A stretch of DNA of 64,000 nt, from the NCBI GenBank assembly GCA_950097015.1, contig CATNEN010000034.1, positions 4,402,001 to 4,466,000 of the forward strand. Reading direction: 5' to 3'. Origin of the DNA: Macrostomum hystrix. Lineage: Eukaryota; Animalia; Platyhelminthes. A model generated the notes under the pieces. That model saw only the letters and a list, made by a program, of their open reading frames with translations. It was not told where the DNA came from and searched no databases. This document shows, one piece after another, positions 11,871 to 25,540 of this stretch (within the stretch, counting starts at the first letter, position 1; each line of letters starts with the position of its first letter). Position numbers and translations under genes: made by a program.

Positions 11871-13574
11871 AAACTGGCGACAAAATGGCTTGTTAGTTAA
11901 AGAATATAGAAACGCTGGTCTGTCTGATAAATTATATATTTTGGCATTCTTGGCGCAGAGTTTATCCTGCAGCACTTCAGTTTAACCTTTCCTGTCAGCT
12001 GGAAGCACTCACAGTAGCTAGCACTGCTTGTCAGAATCTTGAAACATCTATAGAGTACCCTGACGTCATTTTTTATAATTGTTTCCAGAGTCGGCCAGAG
12101 CTATATTGAGCTGCAGCAAAGAAATAAACAAACCAAATCTACTGGACTCGAACTAAAATCTAGTTAGCTCCTGTTGCCGACCATTTTTTCTATTTTAGTT
12201 GAGGGGGTCATTGTAAATACAATTGCTGGCCCAAGCACCGTTGCACTGTGTACTTTAAGTAACGCTTGACTTGAGCTATATTTGCTTGAGCAGACTTACG
12301 CTTTATGCCTTTTGTTACTGGTCAGCCGCGCTGCTCTGTGACCAAGCATATGACTGGCAGAAACTTATTTAGAGGCCAGCTTACTAACGTAGTCTTTTAG
12401 TCTTTCTCACTCTATCGCACGATGGAGTGGAAAAAGAAGCCAGTTTGGTCTTGGGTAATATTTTTTAAGTATGCTCACAAAGCTGAAGCAGTTTGAAGTG
12501 TGGTCGCTACGCATTCGCTCCATTGTTTCGAGTTATATCATCTACACAAGCGTAATTGCGTATACTTTCTGCTGCTCTAACTATGCTCAAACACAATTAA
12601 ATCCGTATAAAGCATACTTCACATATCACTATGCCAGCTGTTCACACATACTGCAAATTTACTGTTAATTTGTTAATAATATAAGTAAATATCAGTATAA
12701 ATATCGATACGAAATTAGATTCAAAGTTCATCTTAGTCCTATTTTTCTCGCTCCCAGCAAGTGCGAGTTTTAGTTCACCTAGAGCTAAAATTATCCCCAC
12801 CTGGCATTGATTTGAAACTTGTCTTGCACCTACCTATGCAGACAACAGCGTTGGTTTGTTCTCTAATGCTTAGGCACGGACTGGGAAGGTCTTGTCAGCA
12901 GCTTCCGTCCAATGTACACGGAGTGAGGTTAGGCCTTGACTGCATGGCAAAGCGTCGATGTGCGGAATCATGCATAGCAACATGAGAGGAGGGGGGAATA
13001 ATCCATGACGGATTTTAGTGGGGCCGATAAACAGAATGAGTTTGGCCCTTAGCAACTGCTGGGCCGTTAGCCACCCCACCGCCTACTATTCTCTAACCCT
13101 GTGTTCCTCTAATGCTCAATAGTTTTATTAGTGCAAATGGCGAGGAATGAGCTTGATAGAGAACTGGAATTTTCAGTACATTCCTAAGACAGGTAAGAGC
13201 GGTGAGCATCGACTCAAAAGACGTCAGGCTAGAGAGGCGACAGCCGGTTTTGCGTCAAGGTCGACGGCTCACAATTGGACGGAGAGAAAACCGGAGCGGA
13301 GAGATTGCAAGAGAATATGGGGCAGGTGGGGTTGTATGCATCTACAATGCTCTGCTCCGACACCCGCCTCCTCCGCTCCGCTGCTCCGCCTGCAATAAAA
13401 GACTGAGCATTTTCTAGAAAGGACTGCGTAGGTGACCAGAGCTCGATTTCTCAAATCCTCAATCCCTGCGATCTCTAAAATCTCCATTTTCACCAATAAT
13501 AGTTGCTAGCCCAGCACAGGAAGCGATTACTGAAAGCCGTGTGAGAAGTCCTCAGACTTCTTAATCGTAATAGC

Positions 13575-16500
13575 ATGGCTCTTCTGCTTCTATTGTGGAA
13601 GAACTTCAAGCTGAAACAGCGTCAATGGGTGAGCACAATGATTTCGAGATGACTTTATAACCATATTCTTATCCGTTCTAGATTCAAAGATACACAATGC
13701 ATGAGCCATTAACAGCCAAAAGATCACACTATTTCGCCCTTGGGGAATGACCACGGGGTCATTTCAAATACCCGCTGCCTGCTTCACGACAGCTCCCTAA
13801 CCGAATGACCGATTGGTTTAATATTTTTGGAGACAGAAAACTGAAAATGTGCATATTCGAAATATCATCGTGCTCTTTCTACTGTGAAGCTGCAAAGCGG
13901 AGTTTTACTTAAAACATCGTCCGAAACTTGCCCGCAGGGCAAGACTCTGGCCGAGATCCTGGCCCCGCTGATGTTCTTTCTAATCCTGGTGGCGGTGCGA
14001 AAGTCGCAGGACTTCATGGTGAAGAGTCCGGACTGCCAGTTCAAGCCGTCCTCCTTAGCCAGCAATGGCATTGGCGCGGCATTGACTTCGTTCTGCTTCC
14101 TAGGCGTCTGCCAGAATGAGGACACCGGCTATGCCAAGAAGTCGATCTTCAGCTCAAGCGAGTGAGTATAGCGTTCGCGCACAGAGTGATGTGGCAAGCT
14201 ACAGTAACACTCAGCAACAGTCGAAACTGAAAGGGATCTGAAGCATGTCTAGTATTTGATTCACAACTACTAGTTGTAATTGTAGAATCAGTGGAATGAG
14301 GAAATTCGCATCAGGGTGTCAATAGTCGGCCCGTACCACCTTTTGAGGGTCCAGCAGCTTCGTCTAGATAAAGTTCGGAGACCACCGAAGTCGGAGTTAA
14401 TGCAGCCACATTCGGGGACGTTTTGAGAAAGTTGAAATGCCTGGCAAGGCGGCACTGCAGAGTCAGTTATAACTTGTGTATAGGGGTGTATGAAATACAT
14501 GCATTGATTCTTGTTTCAGATGATGCGCATCAAAGTGTTCTCGAGTGTGGTGTTCTCGCATTGCTCCGTTAGGGACTTTGGGTCCAGCAAATGCATTTGT
14601 CAGAGAGGGTTTCTTAACCCACTCGTTCTACGCTCTTACTCTTATCTCAAATCAATACTCAAAAACATTAGACTTTAGGGTAGGGAGGAATAGGGCTTGC
14701 ATGAGGAGATGGTGCAAGCTGCTTGCGATTTGGGGTCCTGAACTTACATTAACCACTAAGGGATTGTTATCGTCGGTAACTGTACCAAAAAAATAAACGG
14801 GAAGAATCATGCTTAAACACTGTGGCTCCTATTTGCAATATTTACAGTTGTGTCACGATAGTGTCATTTTAGGCTGATAAAACTGTTGACAGAAAAGCCT
14901 TATTGTACTAATTTCAGGTTGACCCAAATCAACGAAGCCTTCAAACTGTACAACATGCTGTACTCAAATTCGGTACTAAGCAAATACCGCAAGGTGCTCG
15001 ACGTGACACCCACAAACTGGAGCGATCCTTCAGGTAACTATGCGAATAGTTACTTAGTGAATTTGTCACTAAAAAGTGCAGCAAGTTTTCCAGTGTTTAG
15101 TGTTGAGTACCTCTTCCTGTCTAACCAGAATCCATAATTTGTCTGTTCTCGACTGCTTGGTAAGCAGTGCTTGCCATAGATATTTTTGCCATAGCATTAC
15201 TGCCGGCTAGGCTTTCTGATCAAGCTTGGCTCAAACTGGCACACAGACGGGAAGGAAATGAACAGCCCTACCGCTTTAGCCAGTAAATTAGTCTCACTTG
15301 CTGCCTGTTTGGTAGGCGCTGCTTACCATAGATATCCTGTAACGCTCCTACCATCTAGTTTGTTAGCCTTTTCTCGCTAAGTTTCTCAGTACTCACTGAA
15401 AACCTACAGTACGCTCGTAGATGGCTTCTGCCTCTGCGACCGGATACATGATCTCTGACAGTAAAGCGAGTTTTGACTCCTACTTAACAATAGACGAAGA
15501 GCCTGGCGAGGAGGTTGGCGTCGTCGAAGAAGCACTGGATGACAATCCGCCAATCATTGAAGAGAGCCTGTCGGCGAGGAAGGACAGGGGTTTGCAGATG
15601 GCGAGGCTGCTGAAGTTGACAACGTTTGGAGACTTGTCGAGCCTGGGTCCGATGAAGGGATAGAAAGTTGTGAATTTACCGGAACTGCTGGCCTAAATCC
15701 GAACTTTTTATTTCCTGGGGATGTTAAGCAGGATAAATCTTACATTTTACAAATTTTTCTTTCTGATGAGCTTTTTCAACGCCTCGCTGAATGGACAAAC
15801 GCCAAGTTGGCCATCATGCTGATCGAACTGGATCGAACTGATCGAACGTCCTTCCGCCTATTGTAACTATCTGGAGGGACTGCAACCCAAGCGAGATGAA
15901 AAAGCTTGTCGGCATGCACCTATACATGGGCCTAAACAAAAAGTCGGAGCTACATGACTACTGTAGCTCAGATGATTTTCACTGCACACCATACTTTCAT
16001 AAGCCTGAGGGGTTGGCTCGTGATAGATTTAAGCAGCTGCTGACATTTCTACGATAGCAGGGAAGAATCAAGCGCCGACCCACAGCACAGGATTCGTCCA
16101 TTAATGAATTTGCTCCAGGCTTATTGCAAGAATAACTACCGGCCCGAATCTGAAGTGAGCATTGATGAGTCATTGATACTGTTCAAGGGCCGACTTCGTT
16201 TCAAACAGTATATTTCGACAAAGCGGGCAAAGTCCGCATTGAAAATGCCCTGTCTGTGTGAGTCGAAGTCTGGGTATCTCTTCAATTTCCTTGTGCACTC
16301 AACTCCAGAAGAAAATATGGACTGTGTACATCTTTCTCTCAGTGAGCAAATCGTAGCTGAGCCGGCCAATGACATTCTTGACCAAGGGTACAGAATATTT
16401 ACCGTGTTTACATCATACCGGCTGTCCCAGTTCCTTATCGGCCATTCAACGTTCCTGGCAGGCATCGTGGAGAGGCTGTCGTGACTCCGATTGATGCTGC

Positions 16501-19500
16501 TTTCGCGAGGAAGGGACGTGTTATGATTTTGAAGGCTGGCGAGAGAAAGCGGAGTAGAGTCAAGACCTTGTATTTGCTGGACGTCAAGGGCGTTGCGTCA
16601 AAGGCCGAGAAAGTCAAGATCAATCGAGCTGATCAGCATGTGGCATTGCAGAAGAGCCGCAGTTGCAGAGTGCTCGCAGGACTCTGCAACTTAAAATCGC
16701 TGCATGGGTGGAGTGGACATGTTGGACGGCACCATGCAGGCCTGTGATGCCGGCAGAAAAACAACAAAATGGTTCCACAAGCTGGGCTTGCACATGTGCC
16801 TTCAGATGGTGCGCAACGCTTGGGTTCTGTACTGCAAGTGTTGTGGCCAGAACACCTTCATCAAATATCTCGAAGCCAGCATCCGCGAGTTGGTAGAGCG
16901 TACTGGAAATGGAAGGAAGCGACCGACTTCCATGCTGCAAGCAGTTGCAGTCGCTGAGCAGCATTTCCCGGAGAAAATCCCAGGTCGCCCTGCCCAGCCC
17001 AGAACTGTGCTACTGTGCTAAAAGGTGCAGAATGTGCTACATTTCTGCCGGGTCCCGGCGCACAGTTTATTTCTGCAGCGATGTCCAGGATGCCAGGGAC
17101 TATGCTTGCAGGTGGATTGCTTCCAGCACTGGCATTCGCAGCGTTGAAGTATCGACGGTATAGACCAACTTTCCGCTAAAACTGACAACAATTTCATCCT
17201 TGCTGCTTACTGTTTTGTCTGTTGTCTAGCTCAAATTTGTTCATGACTTTTTATTATTTATTTTACGAATATTTTCGTTTCTGTTCATTTCTGTATAGTG
17301 TACAAGCCGTACGCTCAGTATGCGCAGGTAAGTTCGATCGGTCAGATGAATGAGCTTTTTTCATTTTTGAGTTGTTTAACTCAGCTGTTTCCATGCGAAT
17401 TTAAGCTTTAATGAAGCCTCTTTAAACTAAATATGCGTCTGAATTAAAAGCACCAAGGGAATGACTGACGAAACATAAGTAAGAATGCAGAACTCAAAGC
17501 CTATCCTTGTCAGAAAACAAGAAAATCTAGAATACTCAAGGCCGGCAAGAACTGATAACTGCCAATTTAACCATATAATTAGTTCTACTCTGGCCGGCAG
17601 AAAGAAAAATTGGGCCATCTAACCTTCAGTCTTCTCGTGGTTTTGAATAGATAGTAGATAGCGAGAAAGAGCGAGCGAAGCGAGCTCTTTCGAGCTTGCT
17701 TGCCGCAGCCAATCAAGCTGAAAGCACGCACACAAGATCACCGGAAACGATTAAGGCAGCTGGAAAGCAATGGGCGCGGTAAGCGCTTTTATCCAGAGGA
17801 ACTACCTTCTGGAACCAGCCATGCCGTTCAAAAATCAGACTAACTCAAGTAGTGCAAAAGAGTGCGTGCAACTACCGAGAAATCTAATTTTCGTAACCGC
17901 TCCGGTGCAGGTCCTGGCAATAGATAGTAGATAGATAGTAGCTTGCCGCAGCCAATCAAGCTGAAAGCACGCACACAAGATCACCGGAAACGATTAAGCG
18001 CGGTAGTAGATAGTTGTCGCGCACTCTTAAGTCCAATATTTCCTGATGTTTGTAAATTTCAAAAAGCCTAAAGCGAAAATGCTTATACGAGTAATTTCAG
18101 CCACTTCTATAACCCTTCAATTCTAGGCACCACTGCGCTGAACTTCTCAAGCTTTTTCAACGACCCTGGCGCTCTATTTAACAATGTGACCGCGACGTCA
18201 ACTGAGCAAGCGTTGGTCCTTGGAACCACATTGAGAGTCCCAAGCGTGAGTTACCAACAATGAATTAACACTCGGCATCATTAGAAATGTTCAACGCAAT
18301 CTTCCTTCCTTTTTAGCGAGTGAATGTCGAAACAGAATCAGGATTTCTGCCGCAGCTCAGTGCCGTAGTGGCTCCTATCAGCGCGCAGCTCATCTGCAAC
18401 ATGTCAACCGGGGTCAGCAACGACACCAAAACTGGTGGCAGCAACGGCTGGGTGGCCATCTCCAAATTGTGCGTTCAGGCACAATTTCGGACTAATCTGC
18501 AGAACCAGTTTAACATCAGCTTGCTGCTAAACCAGGTTTGCTGCGCATCTTATCGTCCTATTATCAAATAATATCTACGAGATACTAAGGATATGTTCCT
18601 AATATAAGAGTGTAAGCTATGAATCACTTTCCGCAAGTAATATCACAACTACCAGGTGAAATATGCGGCTTCAGACAGCTACACACTGCCAATGAATGTC
18701 ACGGATCTGCCAGTGCTTATTTCGTTCTTCAGCAGGGCAGGCACTCTGATGCAGACTAGCACTGCATTCAATCAGCTCAACCAGGTGCTCGGCGGCTTGT
18801 CGTCCTCCGATGTTAACGCGACAATCAGTAGCATCAGCAAGCTGCTTTGTGGAGGCGGAGACACAACCATAACATCTATTTATAGCCGGCTTGATTCCAA
18901 AGTACAAGAGATGTTGAAAAACAGCAGCGCTATATTCAGCGCTACTAATCCGGTCTTTGCCACACTGCTCCCTCCATCGGCTTGTAAATGAAGCGTTACA
19001 TCAAATAGTTCTCATTGACTTTTGAAACTAAGTACTTATCTTGCACTCTTTGCAGATTGCTACAACCAAACGCTCCTGAAAGCCATCATGAGTGAGGTAT
19101 CAGCGCTACTTAGCTCGATCGGTATGAGCCAATTACCAAACCTTCTGTTCGGTGAGGTATTGTACTATCCTAACAACAATGAGACACAGGCTAACTTTAA
19201 AGTGGTAAGTTTGATTTCAAAATTAATTAGCGAATCGTAATGGAGTTTGCCGAATTCTAAAAACTAGGATTTTTCTCATCCCAGCTAAACGCCACGTTTG
19301 AGCGTCTCGGGCTTATATCGGACCTTGCCAAGGCTTGGGTCACAACTGAAAGCGCTCGCATGGCTGCCTTCCTTACCAACGACACGCAAGCAGAGGAGCT
19401 GAGGGTGAATTTCTTTTTTTGTTTCTTGTAGCCTGGGAAAGATTTTCTGACTTGTTTTCTGACCCTTTCAGACATTCTTCACCATTTGTGCACGCATCAC

Positions 19501-22500
19501 TGGCGGCGGAGCTGGCAATCTCTGCCAGATGGGATCAGACTTTTTGGCCAAAACTACCACAGCAACGTCCGGAATTTCTAATTGGCAGACGACTAAGGTC
19601 ATTGTGGATGCCGTGATGCGGCGCATCTATTACTACACAGCCTGTTTCAAGCTCAACAAGTTGCGTGGCTTCTCCACAGAGACAGGAATGGACGACTATT
19701 CAATCTACCTAATCGACGAGTTTAAACAGAACGCCAATCAAAACAAGGCCTACTTTCTAGCAGCAGTCGCTTTCGATACCCTTGGCGGAGCTACATACGA
19801 AAAGTACAGGCTGCGTCTGGTTTCGAGCATGGTTGACAGCACACTTAGGTACCGGGTTGTTGGTAGCGACTGGAGCCCAAGTCAACGCTCAAAATTCCCA
19901 GACAACTTCAAGTACTTTACGTCGTTCTTTTTGCATCTGCAAGAGCTGCTTGAGCAGGGCATTGTGAGCCGGATCCTCGGTGGAAACGCTAGCATGATAA
20001 ACTACTTGCGTCTCTTCCCCAGCCCGTGCTTCATTCAGGACCAGTTCACCACGGTTATTCAGTCTTTTATTCCAATGATCATGACTCTGGCTTGGATCTA
20101 TAGCGTCACCCTACTCGTCAACGCTGTTGTGTATGAGAAAGAGAGTCGACTGAAAGAGATGATGAAGATCATGGGACTGGCTGACTGGGAGCATTGGCTG
20201 GCCTGGTTCATTACATCCGGCTGCATCATGCTGATTGCTACTATTTTAATGACTATTATTATCAAGGCTGGTGGCATTATTCTTTACAGCCACGCAATTA
20301 TTATTTTCTTTTTTATCCTATCCTTCGTAGTCAGCACAATCTGCGAGGCATTCTTTATTTCCGTGTTCTTTTCCAACTCCAGCGTTGCGTCAGCTTTCGC
20401 CGGAGTGTTGTTTTTCATTGGCTACATTCCGTACACAGTGGTCGATCGATTCATCGATAGCATGGGCAATGGCGCTCTAGCCGCCAGCTGTCTCATTCCT
20501 CAAGTGGGATTTGGCCTTGGCTGCAAATACATAGGTCTCTGGGAGCTTGCCAACGTTGGAATACAACCTAGCAACATTGCAAAGAGTCCACTGACGGATA
20601 GCACCTTCTCGTTTGGCGGCGTTCTCATGATGCTGTGGGTCGACGCCTTCTTGCTCATGCTTCTGACGTGGTACATTGAAAAGGTGTTTCCAGGAAAATA
20701 CGGCGTCCCGAAGCCTTTCTACTTTCCATTCACAATATCATACTGGTGCAGTTCTTGCAGCAAACCCGAAATGGCACCCGCGGACCAGGGCGACGTGGAA
20801 ATGACTGGTGATCGGCAGCACTTTGAAGAAGAGCCGCGACACCTTAAAGTGGGAGCCGCACTTCGTGCTCTAACGAAGGTTTATAAACCCGGTTTGTGCG
20901 CGTGCAAAGATGCTAAAGAGTTCATCGCTGTCAACAGTGTCACGTATAATTTCTATGAAGGCCAGGTTACATCCTTCCTGGGACACAATGGAGCTGGTGA
21001 GTAACTAAGAAGGAAATACAATTGCTTGTACTTTCTCAATTTTTATTTTTATTGAGCGAAAATAACACTGTCTCTTATTATATTTCCTTTCGATCCATAT
21101 TAGGACTAACTACAAGCTGTATGCCATCTAAATCCGTATTTTAGGTAAAAGTACAACTGTTTCGATTCTAACTGGTCTGTACACACCCACCACTGGCACA
21201 GCCTACATTTACGGGCTCGACATTCGAACACAAATCGATCAAATTCGTAAGCAGCTTGGCTTCTGTCCTCAGCACAACGTACTATTCAAACATCTGACAG
21301 TCGAGGATCACATCTACTTCTATGGAATGCTTAAGGGTCTTGACAAAAGTGCGATTGGCGATCAGATTGACAGTTTCGTAGCGGACGTTGGTCTGGCTAA
21401 TAAGCGTTTCGAGCTGAGCAGAAATCTATCAGGTGGCATGAAACGCAAACTTTCTGTTGCCATGGCATTTGTCGGCGACTCGAAGCTGATCATTCTGGAC
21501 GAGCCAACTGCTGGAGTAGACCCGCACGCCAGGCGGGCCATTTGGGACGTGCTAGGGAAGTTTCGTTCGGGTCGTACCATCCTGCTGACAACGCATCACA
21601 TGGACGAGGCTGACATCCTGGGTGACAGAATCTGCATCATTGATAAAGGCAGGCTTGTCTGCTCCGGCTCTCCGATGTTCCTAAAGAAAGCATTTGGCCA
21701 CGGATACACACTAGCGCTAGTGACCACTAGTGATAGGAATAGCCTGGTATCGTTTGTGAAGCGCTTCGTGCCCACCGCCCAGCTTGGCGAGTGTACAACC
21801 AGTGAGGTGGCCATAAAGCTTCCATTCAATGAAACTGAGAAGTTTGGCAACCTGTTTGAACAGCTGGAGGTCAGTCGGAATGAGCTGGGCATCGAATCAT
21901 ACGGTATCGAGGACTGCTCGCTGGAGGAGATCTTTCTGAACGTCACCGAAGCTGACCGAGAGGAAACTGTAGAGAAAGACGCATCGGCTGTTGTTAATCT
22001 CCGGTCTAGCCGCAGTAGTTTCCGTAAAGAGCGCAAACTAGAAGAGACTGCAGCCAAAAATCCATTGGACGACGACAATGATTTGTTGGACCCAAAGCAG
22101 TCACTCGACGGTAGTTCACGCTGTGCAACCCCGAGCTCTGTGCCCGTGGATGTCCAGTCAGGCAGCAGCCGCAGGGGCTCTCTTTCCCAACCGCCCACCT
22201 TGCGCTACACAGAAAACCCGTTGCGTCATCAGATTAAGGCGCTCTGGATTAAACGATTCACCGTTATCCGCCGCTCCAAGATGGGCTTTGTTGCCGAATT
22301 CATCCTACCCATGTTTTTCATTCTTCTGTCGCTCGGCTTGCAGCAAATCATGCCCTCTGACGGTGACAACCCGCCCATGCAGCTGGCTCCCTGGTACATG
22401 CTGGGCACTCAGGATAGGAATTCTTTGCGCACCAAGAAGCTCTACTCATTTGTGGAGACGCTAACACCTGCTGCTGGAAATGCAATGGACGCTGCCAATA

Positions 22501-25500
22501 GACTGAAGACGCACTTCTACAATACGGACTCTCTAGGAACGCGCTGCGTGAGCACCTCGGCTAATTACGGCAACGACAGGTTTCCATGTTTGTCTCCAAG
22601 CAGCCCGCCGGCAACTTGGGGATCGGTACCCACGAATCTGCCTCTTGACACCTCTAACTGTCGCTGTTCATACGAAAAGTATCCTGACAGTGCAAAGTGT
22701 GTAGATTGGCCGACACCAGCTAGTAAAAATCTGCTCAGTGCGGATATATTTGAAAACTATACAATGTACAACGTAACCAACTATATTCAATCCACCGTGT
22801 CCAAATACTTCAAGCTGAGGTTCGGAGGCTTTTCTCTGTTTGTCAACGACACCGATCCAACTCTCAATTATGTTAGTAAATCTGAGCTGCCTGTAGTGGA
22901 ATCGAACACTGGCATCCAGATAGGAAACTCGACCGTCTACAACTTCTCAACGACATTCTCAGACGCCCTGGCAGCGCTCAAACCGTCAAAGAACGAGTCA
23001 GAGCTGCTGCGAGCACAAGTTTGGTATGATAATCGTGGATATGTGTCCGGTCCTGCCTACCTGAATGTTTTGAGCAATGCAATGCTGCGCTCACGACTTT
23101 CACCCGGGTCCTCAGAAAACTTGTACGGAGTATCCGGCTGGACGCACCCTATTACTCTGCGATCAAAGTACGTAGACAACTTGCTGTCGAGCCAGACAAT
23201 CACCTCAGCGATTACGGTTGTTTCCATCATATTCGCTCTCTCGTTCATTCCGGCAAGTTTCGTTCTTTTCTTGATTACAGAGAGAGAAACCAATGCCAAA
23301 CACTTGCAGTTTGTGTCTGGCATCAACCCGGCTCTCTACTGGCTGATAAACCATCTGTGGAACATGATGAACTATCTTGTGCCATTGATAGTTCTTATTC
23401 TTATCTTCGTCGCTTTTAACTCGGAGGCGTTTGTGAGCAGTGAGACAATTGGTCCGTTCATTCTCATCATGCTGTTATTCGGCTTTGCCAACGCGCCGGT
23501 CATGTATCCTTTCAGCTGGGTGCTGAGTGTGCCAAGCAAGGCCTTCACGCTGCTTTCATGTCTTAATCTTGGCATCGGCTTTGTCACCACCATGGCGGTG
23601 GCTATTATCGATATGATTGCCGCTCAGAATGACGACAAGCAGATGGAAAGTACTGGCAATGCTCTAAAATATGTTTTCTTGGTGTTCCCTCATTTCTGCC
23701 TTGGCCAAGCACTAATGGAGCTCAACTATTACTACCAGTTCTCTGTCAAGCTTAAGGACTTGGCTGCATCCTACGGAGTGAGCGTTCAGACTCTTGCCGC
23801 CTCGTACGGAAGCTATGCCTCTAGTGACAATCCATGGGACCCGACCAGACGCTATATCATTTGCTTGGCCGTTCACAGTATTGTGTACTTTGGTCTTGTT
23901 CTGCTCATCGAGTACAACTTCTTCTGCGGCAAAGGTTGCTGCTCCGGTCTAGTCTACCGATCCTGCAACCGGGCCAAGTACAACCAGCTGCTGGAGCGGC
24001 GAGACGTCGAGGAAGACGACGTAAAAGCGGAGCGCGATCGAGTGCTGGGTAGTTCCGATGGTCTGACAGGTAGCGGCGCCGGTGGCGACTGTCTGCTAGT
24101 GCGCGATCTGGTGAAGATTTTCCACACGCGCACGGGGCCCAGAGCGGCTGTTAATGGCGTCACCCTTGGCGTTTCCCAGCGCGAGTGCTTTGGATTTCTT
24201 GGCGTCAACGGCGCAGGCAAGACAACAACCTTCAAGATGCTGACGGGTGACATTGACCCAACCAGCGGTGACGCCTCTCTAAACGGCCACTCAATCCTCA
24301 CCGATGTGCTCGAGGCGCACAAGCAGTTGGGCTACTGCCCACAATTTGACGCTCTCTTGCCGCTGCTCTCGGGCAGGGAGACTCTGCAGTTGTTCGCTAG
24401 GATTCGAGGCATCGCTGAGGACCAGATACCTGAGCTCATTACCTACATTTCAAGAATGTCAGTAAATTTTCTTTCTCTCTGAAATTGTACGCCAAGAACA
24501 ATGTTTCCCCAATTCAGACCTTTCTGCTCTGCTTCTTAACAGGGTCGGCATTGTGCCACATTTGGACAAGCTGACGGAGGAGTACAGCGGCGGCAACAAG
24601 CGCAAGCTGTCGTGCGGCATCGCCTTCATTGGCGGACCACCAATTGTTTTCCTAGACGAGCCAACCGCCGGCATGGACCCTGGGGCGAGACGCTTCCTGT
24701 GGCGCTGTATCCAGCGGATGGTGGCGGCCGGCTCCTGTGTGATCCTCACCAGTCACAGCATGGAAGACTGTCAGGCTCTGTGTCATCGGCTCACCATCAT
24801 GGTAAAGTTCCTTCTCAGTTTAGTTAGAGGTCAAATATAAAATCCTTTGAATATAAAATTCGAAGGCCAGAAGCAATATTTTCGATCGCGCTCCTTTAAG
24901 TCGAATCAAACTTAGCATTTTCGATGCATTGCAGGTGAACGGCCAGCTTAAGTGTCTGGGCAGTCCGCAACATCTAAAGACAAAATACGGCCAAGGTTTC
25001 ACTGTGTTTTTGCGCCTGCCCAGAGGGGAAGAGCCGCCAATGACAGACGGTGCCAATGGAAGTCGCCAGAACCCGCGGATGGAAAATGATGGCTCATCGA
25101 GAAACCAAGAGCGCCTACTAACCGGTGATGTGCTGAATCTACACGAGCGCTTTGTTAGTGAACTACCTGAAGCACAGCTGAAGGAAGAGCACGGCACTCT
25201 TCTGCAGTACCAGATCGGTCAAGATGTCACTCTAAGTCGCATCTTCAACGTAGTCAACAATCTCAAAGAGGCGGGAAGTGTGCAAGACTACAGTGTCAAT
25301 CAGACCACCCTTGATCAGGTACGCAGGAGAATAGAGGCTCCTCCTTGTTCGAATTAAAATTACAGTGCTATAACGACACTACATGCCCTATTATTTTTTG
25401 CAGGTGTTTATCAACTTTGCCAAGAAGCAGACTGAAATGACGAAGGAGGAGAAGCAGGGAAGCAAGGTGTTGCGAAGCCTCAAACGTGAGTGCAAATGCG

Positions 25501-25520
25501 GACGCGTGCAAGTAATTTGA
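13575..25520 (+). CDS. ABCA: Full-length ABC transporter subfamily A (ABCA1-like), 13 coding exons, about 2308 aa
   Basis: Exons 13575-13628 ([18 protein letters not shown]), 13938-14161, 14918-15033, 18127-18245, 18317-18535, 18656-18983, 19056-19204, 19285-19404, 19472-20996, 21145-24457, 24543-24801, 24935-25318 and 25404-25520; all GT-AG and phase-consistent. Motifs [15 protein letters not shown], Walker A GHNGAGKST and GVNGAGKTT, signatures [10 protein letters not shown] and [17 protein letters not shown] twice, C-terminal VFINFA. The ECD1 exons and last exon are less certain. Confidence 0.93.
14340..14500 (+). repeat. Dispersed repeat family, copy 3 (ABCA intron 2)
   Basis: gtccagcagcttcgtctagataaag...cgaagtcggag...gcctggcaaggc...tgtataggggt matches copies 1 and 2. 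Confidence 0.7.
15421..17150 (+). mobile_element. Decayed piggyBac-superfamily transposase (DDE_Tnp_1_7-like) in ABCA intron 3
   Basis: Acidic N-terminus, then [78 protein letters not shown] and a C-terminal Cys-rich RCRMCY...TVYFC region. Broken by several stops and frameshifts; TIRs and TTAA TSD not found. Confidence 0.9.
17645..18005. repeat. Local direct duplication of about 60 bp
   Basis: gcttgccgcagccaatcaagctgaaagcacgcacacaagatcaccggaaacgattaag at about 17697-17755 and 17941-17998, each preceded by aatagatagtagatag. Confidence 0.85.
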
Positions 25521-25540
25521 TCGTAGTTAACGAAAAAGAG

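Noticed and set aside
13147-13398. ORF as ABCA first exon
   Set aside because: The true ABCA N-terminal motif LLLWKNF lies at 13575-13628 and splices in frame to exon 2.
21362-25197. Antisense ORFs over ABCA exons
   Set aside because: Shadow frames of the long coding exons.
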